DNA from: Trichoplax adhaerens
Lineage: Eukaryota; Animalia; Placozoa
Direction of reading: 5' to 3'
NCBI RefSeq assembly: GCF_000150275.1
Contig: NW_002060943.1
Coordinates: 11,532,878-11,596,877 of the forward strand
DNA length: 64,000 nt
This document shows, one piece after another, positions 1 to 11,753 of the stretch. The notes beneath the pieces were generated by a model. The model saw only the letters and a list, made by a program, of their open reading frames with translations. It searched no databases and was not told where the DNA came from. The translations under genes and the position numbers were made by a program. Positions within the stretch are counted from its first letter, which is position 1; each line of letters begins with the position of its first letter.

Positions 1-951
1 CATCAAAAACCTCCTTTCTCTTACAACGCATTAATCATGATGGCAATTCGAGATTCGCCTGATAAAAAATTAACTTTAAGTAACATCTATGAATATATTA
101 TGAAAAATTATCCTTTCTATCGTGAGAATAAACAGGGTTGGCAGAATTCGATCCGGCACAACTTGAGTTTAAATAAATGCTTCGTTAAAATGCCACGTCA
201 TTACGATGATCCTGGCAAAGGAAATTATTGGGCATTAGATCAATCATGTGATGATGTGGAAATTGGTAGTGTAACTGGTAAATTACGCCGGAGAAATAAC
301 TCATCGTCTAGGCCGCGTCCTCGTGAGCTCCGTTTTAGCCCTTACTCAACACCATCTTTAGCCATGGCACCTGCAGCTGGTGGCGTAACACCAAATTGGC
401 CTTCGACCATGTTTGATCTACGCTCATTCTACATGCAACAAGGTCTTAGCGCTGCTAACACACCTATGAATAATAATCAAATTGCCATTGGCGCAAATCC
501 ACCTCATTTACCATCCATGCCAGGATCTTTTACAACCTTACCTATAGTTTACAATCCTTCTCCTTCTCACCATCATCGCCATCCTTCATCGGTAACTCCG
601 GCATCATTAATGACATCGACAGGTCTTTCTCATCTTTATTCTAATGGTCAACAACCATCGGCGCAAAGTTTATCCCAACCGTCGACAACATTGCAGCCAT
701 CATTGCACTCATCGCCAGCGACAGTTACAGCAGCAGCCATACATCAGCACCATCAACAACAACAACTAGCAAACTATCGGCTATCACTATTACCATCATC
801 AGTAGCAGCTTCAAGTATTCTATCATCTGCCAATAGTAACAACTTAGGAAATAGTAATTCCGCTAGCTGTTATCAAAATGGTTTTACTATTGATAGATTG
901 ATTGATCAAGATAAAGCAGCATTCATTCAAAATCCATTTGGCTATTATTAA
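1..951 (+). CDS. FoxG: Forkhead box G transcription factor (5' end outside the window; frame open from base 1)
   Basis: Frame 1 reads [80 protein letters not shown]...[11 protein letters not shown], the FoxG-class forkhead signature ([35 protein letters not shown]). A C-terminal eh1-like Groucho motif (FTIDRLI) is present. Confidence 0.96.
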   Translation, partial: HQKPPFSYNALIMMAIRDSPDKKLTLSNIYEYIMKNYPFYRENKQGWQNSIRHNLSLNKCFVKMPRHYDDPGKGNYWALDQSCDDVEIGSVTGKLRRRNNSSSRPRPRELRFSPYSTPSLAMAPAAGGVTPNWPSTMFDLRSFYMQQGLSAANTPMNNNQIAIGANPPHLPSMPGSFTTLPIVYNPSPSHHHRHPSSVTPASLMTSTGLSHLYSNGQQPSAQSLSQPSTTLQPSLHSSPATVTAAAIHQHHQQQQLANYRLSLLPSSVAASSILSSANSNNLGNSNSASCYQNGFTIDRLIDQDKAAFIQNPFGYY

Positions 952-3900
952 GTAAAAAATGGAAGGAAGGTATAACTCTATTAGCCGACTAATCCATCTA
1001 TAATAGTCCAAATTGAAGATAGAGTAGTTATATAGGCCATAAAAAAGTGTAATCTAGCTTCAACTGAAGCAAAGTAACGCTGCCAGCTGATAACGCTTAT
1101 GTTATCTTTATTATTACTCACAATTCATAAATTATTTATTATTATTATTATTATTGTTATTATTTTACAAGACTTGCTTATTTATGAAATACTTCTGTAA
1201 GTTATTTTCCAAAGTAGAGTAATGAAGCGATGATTAAGTCAATCTTTATAATAGATTTCAAATTATTATAAACAGGCTTAATCTTTCAATCGTTTATTTA
1301 ATCATGATAATTTCAATCGCAGTTTATATTTAATATCATTATTAATACAATATAGGGTTCGTTTTGTTGCTACCCTACATCACTACCATCACTATTTCAT
1401 TATTCCCAACATAATATCTGCTATACTCGTAGTAATGCATTTATAATAATAAATATTATAGTATTGAATACTTATTGCATGAAATATTATCCAAATTAAT
1501 TTAATCCTGGTTTAAATGATATGCTTATATTTGTATGTTGTTTATAATCACCAACGAACGTATGAGATTCTAGTATGATTTTAGTAATATTTTATACTGT
1601 ATTTGATGTTAAAATAAAAGTTTTCAACCAGGGATTTTATCGTTTCGTTGATGTTATGTGTATTAATAAATCAATTTGTCATTTATAGTCTATCTCTTTT
1701 CTTGCTTGAAGTTATTTTCAGCACATCACCAAGTCAATTTTTGCAGTATAACATTTTGTGAAAAATTTTCTCTATATTTTGCTTATAATACGATCGTCAA
1801 CGAAATAGAACTTTTACTCAAATTGTAATCGATCATAAAGTAGCAATTTTTCGTATTAGATGATCTCAATATATATCTTTTAACCCATCAGTATGATATA
1901 AATTTGAAATGTTTATGCTGCTATGAAGTAAAGTATAACATTTACTCCATCGACACCGTACACTTTCATACGCTTATTGCACGGATAAGTTCAAGAATTT
2001 TCTAGATGAAAGTGCGCTATTCAAGCATAACAGATATGAGATACTGTAAGCACCAGTAATTGACAACAGGTAGGTAGGAATTGTTTGAGTATGATTGAAT
2101 CAAATAAATCTACTCTACTTTTTAAAAGGCAAATCTATTTATGTACGAGTTGCACTGTTAAAATAAGGATAAACTTGCATCTCGAGAGGCATTATAAAAC
2201 TACAAAGGTGCGAAATTTTAACTCTGCATGATTCTTTTATTAAAAGTCCCCAAGAATTACTCGGTAATTAAAATTAATTAAAAATGATTAATATTTTACT
2301 TTGATTATATAATTATCAACTCGGCTTAAAAGCTACCGGAATGAAGTAAAAGAGTTAAGGCATTATTCAAATAATGAGCTAACAGCAGTTATTCGCCAGT
2401 AGTCATATATTTGTTAATCTTCGTGTATGTGTTTACTACCTCAAAAATTGCGTTGAACAAGTGGCACAGTCATGCTTAAATTTACCGAACTTAATCCTAA
2501 AATAAATAGTTTAAGTTCTGTGTGGAATTTGCGATCATATAGTTATGTTACTAGAATGTCATATTTGGAATCATCCACATACAAGTAAATCGTTGTGATT
2601 ATCAATGAATTAGTCTATTAAGATTGACTGTGCTTAGCCTATTTTTATTCCCGACCGAGCAAATCGTGATTATTACTAAGGAGAAAACTATTTTTAAAAT
2701 CGAATTTTATCGTAGGTTATTGTAGTAGAAATATTTTTAAATACAGTAATCAGACAGTAATGTTCTTTTTATATTTCATGGCGATTGTGCTAACTTTGAC
2801 GTCAGACTAAATGAATTTTATTCGACAAATTCTTCAACTTGGAAAGAAACAATTAGAGATTACTTCATTAAAACCGATGAGTCATTTAATCTGCAAGCGC
2901 GACCAACAAGCGGAGGGGGGCAGCCATATTCACTACCGATCTACTAGAACAAGATGAAGTATTTAAGAATTTTTTATTGTGATAATGTCAATTCCTTGAC
3001 GTGTAGACGTTCACAGCGGTCTAGGTGTTTTTTTCTGTCGCAGAACTTATTGATGTTATTCCTTGTTTATAAATGATATTTTCTTGTTAGGGCTATAAAT
3101 CTTATTTAGATGTAATGGCTGTCTCATTCATTCATCAGTTGTCATCCACTATTACGTATCATTTCTATTAATTTTAACTTTTCCCACAACTGTGCAGACT
3201 GGTTCTGTCGTCAATTCTACAGTATAAAGTAATCTAAATGTAAAATGTCTCATGAAGAATGACAAGATGAAGCCCAGAGGCAATCATTTGTATACTTTAT
3301 TGTAATATATATTGTTACTTTTGGATTACCCTACAGACAGATTGTATATTTCTCTATTATTTAGTAAGCTAGAGAGTATCTATTAATCTATTCTTCTAAA
3401 TCAGTATCATTGTCTTGATCGAATTATATTCTAAATGTTAGAACCGCTCTAGATTTACCACTAAAAGAAAGGAAATTAATTTTTTTATTCTTATCTGATA
3501 TAGCTTATACCTTGTTCTCATAATCGAATTCTATTGTATAATTCTATGAACTAATCAGTTCCAAGTTAAAGAACATCATTTCATCTAGTTACTACCATGT
3601 TTCAAAACATTAAACGATGTGGGTTCGCTGCTTAAGTGAGAAATCTAACTTATACATATTGACAAGAAACTATATACAGTTTAGAAACTTTAATTGGTAG
3701 CCTCTTTATATAAGTGAACATTTATAAACGCTACACAGAAAGTACTATATGAACATAAGAAAATTCGAAATGATGTCAGATCTCTTGGATATAATTCAGA
3801 TTTAATAGTTAAAAAAGGTTTAAAAAATTCTCGAAATCTTTGCAAGTTAACTCTAACTTATGATGGCGATGTTGAGATAAATTACAGCGTCTCTGATTGG

Positions 3901-6900
3901 ATATGTAATAGTTATGATATCATGCTGATGTAATGGATAATTTTTAATAACAGACACGTAAATCTATCACATTAATATTGGCCTCTATAAATTCAAAGTT
4001 GGAGTTTACATTTCAGTAAATAGTCGTCGTTTAAGTAAGAAGATTAATTATTAATAGCGAGTTATCGTGCAGTTGGCGTTGTTTGACAACACCCTGAGAA
4101 CTGCTTTAATAAATAACAGAAAAGCATCATTGATTTAATCCAAATGTTTGGATACTAAAAATAGTCTTGCTGAAAAATTTTACCAGACATATGTATTAGC
4201 TGTAAATGTAAAATAACTCCACCTTCAAATGACTTGAAAATACATGTTAATAGGTGATAGAAGGCTATGATGAATTGATTATTCTTATTGTCTGAAGGAT
4301 TAAACAATAATTCCTTTAGCATGTATTATTTCTCTTGTTTTCTCCGTCGAATCTACTTGACTAGCATCAACATTATCTATTTATGATATTACAATAATAG
4401 TAAGGGTTATAAATAAATTTAATATTTCCGTTTGTAAACCAAGTCGTCATCTTTTAGACATTCTAGGAACAATATTGAGCATAAAATAGATAATTTGATA
4501 TTACTTTCCTCCTAGGAGGAGCGTTTACTATAGTTTATATTGCTTGAAGTTGTGCGTCTTTTTTTATTCATATAATAATTATTCGTATATTTAGATTATG
4601 AATGAGGGATAGTATTCCTTTTTTCATACTACCATAATTATTTTATTATTTAATATTACCGTGAGATAATCTTCAATTAAAAAATCGTTGTAACTAAGGT
4701 AAAATCTGAACGTTTATTGTACAAGACAAATCTAATCTTATCGTATAAAAATTGAATGAGTAATTGACTAGTACCATCATTCTATATTACTGATTATTTT
4801 TTGTTGAATATTAATCAGACATTAAATGATTCCATAGTACTATATAAGAATAAAAGCACTCAGCTACTGCTATACATTCCTAATGATGTCAGCACTGATA
4901 CATACTGTATTTCGTACCTTGATGAGAATTAAATACTTATACATCGTTAGCCTTCTAAAATATAGTATAAACCGACATCCTATCGATATGCTGCAATGTG
5001 CAAAGGTTATTTCGTTACTGGATCGATTGAGTATTGTAAATATTCACAATGTACAACATATGGCAGAAGGACAAGTCGATATGCATAGCACATATTGTAC
5101 AAAACAGGATTTTAAGGATAGGATGGCTAAATAAACAGTAGAAGAAAAGTTATACGCGATAAGTACTGGAGCCAGTTGCGAGAAATTCCATCAAGTACTT
5201 TGATGGTAGTAACATGCTTCTTCGCGATGGAGTACTTTGAATAGGATACACAGATGTAGTTAAATTTCAGCAACCTTGTAGCTTATCATATGGGGGTATG
5301 AAAAAGTTTGATTAAATATCTAAACTTAGTAACGAAATCAATCATGGAAATAATTATGTTTACAGCGGATTATAGTTAACTGACACGCCCTTTGGTCAAT
5401 GGGTTAGATCAATAAGTCTCAAGTAGGGACAATATATCAAACGTGAAACTGGCATTCTTGATCATTACAAACGACTAAAAAGGGATTCAAAATCTGTTTA
5501 GCATCACATCACAACTTGAAAATTTATGAATTGACTTTCTGAAATTCTATCAGTCCATATTATCTATATTTGCATAAATTTACAAGACGTTGTGAAATGT
5601 AATAAACTATCTCAAAATAATCTGTGATTTTTGTTAATTTTCAATTTATTGCAAAAAATGAGTTCTTCGACAAGGAATATTTGCATCTGTCTCTCTTATG
5701 ATAGTAAAATATCATGGCCAAAATACTACAGATTACATATTATGGATCATGCAATCAAACTTATAAACATAATTTATTTTGGACTGTACTATATGCGATA
5801 ATATTATGCAACTTGTCCACTTATAATTGGTTACTAGTTGTGCAAAGGTAGCTAATAATTATATTTAACAAAGTATCAAAAAGAGTTGATTTTTGAGATA
5901 AAATGGTTAACTGATCCCTTAACTCTAACTTTAACGGATACTTATTACATGCAATAATTGCTAAGGGTAATGAAATGAGGTACTGTTAGCTGCAGACATG
6001 GATTACTAAAACTTAATAATCCATGCCAAAGATAGTTTAGCTATTCTTCAATTGTTGTGGATGTAATTGTTTATCAAGTATAAGATTCAGAAGTCCACCT
6101 ATTTCATTCTGCATTGAAAGAATTTATTAGATTGTTCACGTTTCGTTCTCCATCAATTTCACGTTTTTGTTTCCTCGCTACTATAGTCATCATAAATAGT
6201 TAATGAAGCATTTATAAGTTTAAATCAATGATATAACAAGAAATAGCTTATCAAATTTTACTTACTCGTATAATTTTACTAATATGCGCATAGATTACTA
6301 AGATTAAGTGCCTCGAGAAAGTATGTAAAGTAGCTTTATAGTTACATGAAACAGTTGCCATTAAATGCGACTATAGTATTTTAAAATTCAAGTGCACATA
6401 TAGTTTTTCATAATTGCATAAAAGAGCGGAAAATTCGATGCTACTTCAAAGAAATGACCGACTAGAAATAGATAAACAATAAATGCATAAGTCTATTCAA
6501 GATTACACTGTTGGCCTGTCAAGATGTCTATCATTTAATAATAGATGTGAACATCTCTGTTCGGATAGTCCTTGTCTTATAATGGAAAGAATAGTTTTTC
6601 AACTCTTCGTTACATCATTTTAAGAAAATAAAATTTTAAGTTAATTTCTTTACTGATTACAATTTTAGTTCTTAGCCATGTTATCGAGTAAAATAATAAT
6701 AGGCGATTTATTCTCAGAACTAGACTAGGTAGTAGTTGAAGTTTAGTAACCATAGATGAGCAACAACAGGAACTGCTTCAAATTGTAATATTTGAAAGTG
6801 TTAATTATTAATTAAATACATTGTTACTTAATTACTTAATTAATATATGTGAAGGTTTTTATCAAACTTTTAATTATATGATAAATGATGCTTATTAAAA

Positions 6901-7701
6901 TAAAATAAAATCAAAACATGAGCACCACTCATTTTTATTTTCTAGATTCGGTAGTAAGCAAGAGAATGCTAGTAAACGAGTGAGGTACATGACAGCACTT
7001 AATAGTTTTGATCAGGTTTAGAAATTAGATCTTTATTGCTTAATGCAGAATAAAAACAGCGATAAACGGAAAGATACGATAATAATTAATATTCTCTTTT
7101 ATAGTTCGGGGCGTATGAATCGAGTAGCTTGACCAGGATACTTGGAAAAGCACTATTACAAAAGCTCACGATTAATTCTAACATTATCTCGGTCAAGTTA
7201 TTTACTTTTGTAAAAGTGATAATCACTTTAATATTTTCATATTTTGTTACAAGGTAATCAAAGTTGATAAATGACTGTAAACTACTTTTATGTATCGTAT
7301 TAGACATTGTCTGGATTTAGCTTGTAGAATAGTGGCGCAATTAACAATTTCTGTATCAATTTAATTATTATTTGCATAGGGTCAAATTCATTATTTTCTA
7401 TTGTTACATTGAATTGATGCGATATCCTTGCACTTCACTACCATACAATATAAATCAGTTTAATTTGTATTTAATACAATAACTAACCTAGCCAAAACGT
7501 CTGGAAGGATTGCCTTACAACAACGTCAATCTTTTTGATCCATGCCGCATAATCAAGATGGTATAGATAGAATAATTTCATTGTTGATCGTATTACCCGT
7601 TATTTACTATTTAGCAGTATAATCCATCATACTGTGATGAATTGAGATTATAGGATGTGGTTAATCTGTAATTAAGAGCCTGTAACTTGATTGTGTCTAA
7701 T

Positions 7702-7990
7702 GTGATACACTTTGCCCTATAGTTTTTTGCTTTATTTACGACTGTGAGCCTGTACCAAAATTTAGTCAATCATAGTATATGAGAAACTTTCTATGTCATT
7801 AGAGATACACTTTAGTTTAAGTAATGATATCTTGCATAGTTTATTGATTACGGAATTTTTTTATAGTTTCCGTGATATATTTTATTGCACTATAACGTCA
7901 TTATGCCTAAAGTGATATACTTGTTTCCGTAATTTTTTGTTTTAATAACGACAGTGAACCTGTAGTGAAATTTAAACGATCATAGTCTAT
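7702..7990. repeat. Degenerate direct repeat, two copies of about 80 bp (about 7702-7780 and 7912-7990)
   Basis: gtgatacactttgccctatagttttttgctttatttacgactgtgagcctgtaccaaaatttagtcaatcatagtatat aligns with gtgatatacttgtttccgtaattttttgttttaataacgacagtgaacctgtagtgaaatttaaacgatcatagtctat. Confidence 0.7.
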
Positions 7991-9257
7991 TCATTTATTC
8001 TAATTTAATCTACGGTAATATTGAATGTGGTCCAGTTGTTTTTTGCTAAATATAATTATCTTACTATTGCCTTTGTTTGTTAATATGTAAAATTGAAAAA
8101 ACTTGCTACACATTATTGTATTAGATACTTTTTCTAGAATGAGCAAGTATAATATTTACAGCACTGCGAATTACTACCTTCAAAAAGTTGAGATACGTAA
8201 AAAATGTGATAAATTTGTATGCCTATTAACGACTACTTTTCCAGTTATAAGTCTACTATCGTTTGCTATACTCTAACTAACAGTAAGCTGAATAAAATTG
8301 TAGCTTGGGTATAGTATTGATAGCCGGTTTTTGTTATGGTGGAAAGATCAATATACGGCATTCATTTAGCAGCATGACTACCTTTATGTGCCCTTACATG
8401 CTGCATATCTGAATATTGTACTTTAAACAATCCTGCAGATGCATGAAATTAACGCAATCCAAGCAGAATTCATAATATCTTAAATCATAGGATAGTTTAT
8501 AACTGACTGTCCATCACTAAATAGAACTCCAATCATTAAAATGATCAAAAAGTATCGAAGTCTACTTCTGAGCACTTTGTTATTATTATCAAAATAAGCT
8601 ATTTCTTACGCATTGAAAAGTCATCAAATAGATATTGAGATATTACAATCTAGGTGCGAGATTATTAAGTGGCAGCAGACAAAGGAATATGGACTTACTG
8701 TAGCATAAATTGAAAACCATTCAGTATTAATTACGTAATTTATGATATAGTACTTTGCTATGAATGTGTACAAGATAGTGAACACTTCTAACTTAAGAAA
8801 CGGGGAAAAAACTCTTTATAGATTCAATTAAGTATTTAGATAATACTGAATTTAATTTTTGCAGCTTTGAGTCATATTATGGTGCCTCAACATGGTGGTA
8901 GCATACGTTATAATTATACATAAATATACGCGTATTTAGATAAAACTAAAATAGTTAGCTACACCATAACTAGTTAATATGAATAGTATTCATCCATTTT
9001 CATTGTGTTATTCATTGTATGATTCGCCAATTTTATGCAAATCTATCTTCTTACAGTGAAAATATTGCTCTAATAAACTGTATTGAATACAGTATATCAA
9101 CTAGTATCAGCACAGCCTAAATGAGCAGTAGTACAGAATTATTTAGCTACTGGCTGCAATCTATAAACTTGTACAATTATAGTAAAGTAATAAAAGTAAC
9201 AAACAAGCATAGGGAGAACAGTGTGTATAGAACAGGTTAGGATTCGTTCAGAAGATC

Positions 9258-9548
9258 GGGATAATGTACCTGGTGGAACGAAGGGACAGTAATAAAATAT
9301 CGTATGCATCTGATTAAAATTTTATTCTCATTAGCAGTCCCTTATTATTTTAGACCAACTGTAGTAGATAGGGGAAAATATTGGACGAATTTCTCAGGGA
9401 CGAAATATAAAAATTTATATTTCGTACCGTATCAAACCTGCCCAGTGCCCAGACAGGCTGTCCGCAATGGTAATTTTGTATGATCTCATCTTGGACAAGG
9501 CTAAGGAATGGACTTGTCTTTACGCGGGATAAAGTCGTACATTGTCCC
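9258..9548. mobile_element. Putative nested 291-bp MITE (GGG-ended TIRs, 3-bp TSD; PIF/Harbinger-like geometry)
   Basis: Left end gggataatgtac and right end gtacattgtccc form an 11/12 inverted match, flanked by a direct ATC at 9255-9257 and 9549-9551. FoxG homology starts a few bases after its right end. Confidence 0.45.
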
Positions 9549-9557
9549 ATCATATGT

Positions 9558-9940
9558 ACTTCTTGGTCTTCGTCGATGGTCGATATGCGATCGCTTTACA
9601 CGCAACAAGGTGGTCTCGGTTATACCAACGGACCAATTATTAATAATAATCAGATCGCTATTACTGCTAATGTACCTCGTCTACCTCCAGTTCCAGGATC
9701 TTTTCCTCACTTACCGATAGTTTATAATCCTTCTCATCATCAATATCATCCTTCACCGTTAGTACCGGCACCCCTGATAGCTCCACCGCTTCTTTCTCAT
9801 CTATACTCAAACGGTCAACAACCATCGACGGCGCAATCCTCGTCAACATTACAATCATCATTGCACTCGTCGCCATCGACAGTAGCAGCAGCCTCACAAC
9901 AGCGTCATTAATAACAATATCAACCAAACTACATTTGTTA
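9558..9940 (+). pseudogene. Forkhead-less paralogous fragment of the FoxG C-terminal region (possible 111-aa ORF at 9576-9911)
   Basis: WSSSMVDMRSLYTQQG...NNNQIAI...LPIVYNPS...[11 protein letters not shown]...SLHSSP aligns collinearly with FoxG nt about 390-790. TAA TAA replace CAA CAA at 9909-9914. No forkhead-coding sequence is recognisable upstream. Confidence 0.85.
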
Positions 9941-10361
9941 TTCGTTATGTTATTTGCTATTGTAAATATCGTCATTCGTTCTTATTTACGGGTATTTTAC
10001 TATTCTATGTGTTGTGATTTTCAAGTGTTATGTGTTACGTTGTACTATAAAGAAATGTATATAACCATATATATTAGCTTTAGACTAGTTCACTATCTAT
10101 AATTAATCTTAGTTACACATCTGTACACTATTACTTACGTTAATTAATTATAATAGATTGCGTTGATTTAAGTTTACTATATATACACTACTGCTAACTC
10201 TTAGATAAGCCTACGGTAATACTGTATAAGCTGTTTCAATAAACTCGAAGTTTACATTACTCACTATCGTGCTTCATTGCGAACACATTTAGTAGAAAGG
10301 AACTACATGAATAACAATTGCCATCGCCTTCGACGAAAGACTCGTAGAACTATGGGTAGAC

Positions 10362-10435
10362 TCAACAAAGCGCGAAAAGTTATTGGGTTCATTATGTATG
10401 GATAATTAACCCAGTAATTTTTTGCGCTTTGTTGA
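10362..10435 (+). other. 74-nt hairpin / inverted repeat
   Basis: 28-bp arms tcaacaaagcgcgaaaagttattgggtt / aacccagtaattttttgcgctttgttga, then a C-T mismatch, 5 more pairs (attat/ataat) and a 6-nt loop. Confidence 0.9.
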
Positions 10436-10473
10436 ATATTTTACACGGTAAATTAATAAAGTACGTAAACTAT

Positions 10474-10540
10474 GAACAGTATGAGAGAACAGGTTATTGA
10501 GTATTTGACATAGCCAATAACCTGTTCCCCCACACCGTTC
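10474..10540 (-). other. 67-nt hairpin / inverted repeat overlapping the right TIR
   Basis: gaacagtatgagagaacaggttattgagtat / atagccaataacctgttcccccacaccgttc: 31-nt arms with 6 mismatches. Confidence 0.85.
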
Positions 10541-11753
10541 TCTCGATTACTTTGTTTGTTACTTTTAGTACTTTGCTACAATTGTATTTAGATGATTCAA
10601 AACGTCTTTGTCGTTCTTTAATTGTTACTAATCTAATTCCTATATCAAGCATTCAAACATGTACATGTTTCTTTTATTACAAGAGTTTCTTAGCTATTAC
10701 AGCTTATATTTTCAATTTTTTTGTATTTGGTTTACTGTTCTCTATCGATCATATCCAATAACAGCGTTTCTTAGTCTAAGATTGGTACTAAAGCAAATGG
10801 ATTTGCAATACGATAATGATATAATGTAAAGATAGCAATATAGATTTACTAATGTGAATCCATGAGAATCCATGTTGCTACCATTAAAACTGTACTATGT
10901 TGAAAGATTACTTACTGGGGTATGCGCAGTGACATAAATAAAATGCTAATATCTAAGACATTTATATTTATGGATGGAAACTAAATTTCGATCTAGAAGC
11001 AGAATACGGTAGCTTATATGACATGTAAAGCAAACTACTGTACCATATACGATATAATATCGAAGATATTACATCATAATTAATAGTTGTAAATCGATGT
11101 TTTGTGATTTATTTTTCTATATAGATTTTTTCATGTTACAACGTATCAATACATAGTTATTGTGACAATATCGTCTAAGTCGTTTTACGAGTATTAGCCT
11201 AGTAAACTTACAAAATAAGTACTATGTATACATAGAAATTCAGAAGTAGTCGTGGATACTTGGTTATCGATTGAAATGAAAAGTAGTCGGGTTTTAAAAT
11301 ATCTTTAAATCAATTCGGAATGAGAAAATCTCATAAGATAACTAGATTAAAATTTGTAAAATTGCTTGTTCACAAGTTTTGAAAATTGTTAAATAATACT
11401 ATCTCAAAATAACGTCAGGTAGAGTATGTACTGCTAAGCTTCATATAAAATGCTAGATAGTAGTTAAGGAAAGAAAATTCTTAAGTATTTTCGGGATTGC
11501 CAAAAATGATGTAGCATCAATGGTTAGTGCCCTTATACAGAAAACTATAGGTGCAGTAATAAAATAATAAAGAGTATTTATGCGTATAACCCTTTTGTAT
11601 GATATAAATCGATAATGGAGATGGACGCCATGCTATATTTCTCGTCAGTAAGGATATATTCACTAATAATTATAATCTATCAAGTTACATCGATGCATCA
11701 GTATTGATGTCATAATATGCGAACTATTTACAATATACAGTACATCCTATATT

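Larger units (their letters stand above)
9172..10586. mobile_element. Putative non-autonomous TIR element carrying a host-gene (FoxG) fragment (Pack-type)
   Basis: 9172-9239 (tacaattatagtaaagtaataaaagtaacaaacaagcatagggagaacagtgtgtatagaacaggtta) aligns with the reverse complement of 10518-10586 (tacaattgtagcaaagtactaaaagtaacaaacaaagtaatcgagagaacggtgtgggggaacaggtta). Both outer ends are TA, a possible TA target-site duplication. No transposase is visible. Confidence 0.6.

Noticed and set aside
2903-2925. CTCF-like motif (agcggaggggggcag)
   Set aside because: Imperfect match, and CTCF is regarded as bilaterian-specific while this genome appears non-bilaterian.
9373-9390. GKYWT peptide resembling the forkhead wing GNYWA upstream of the FoxG fragment
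   Set aside because: The surrounding sequence does not align with FoxG and it lies within the putative nested MITE; treated as chance.
9667-9975. 102-aa minus-strand ORF
   Set aside because: Antisense shadow of the FoxG-derived fragment.
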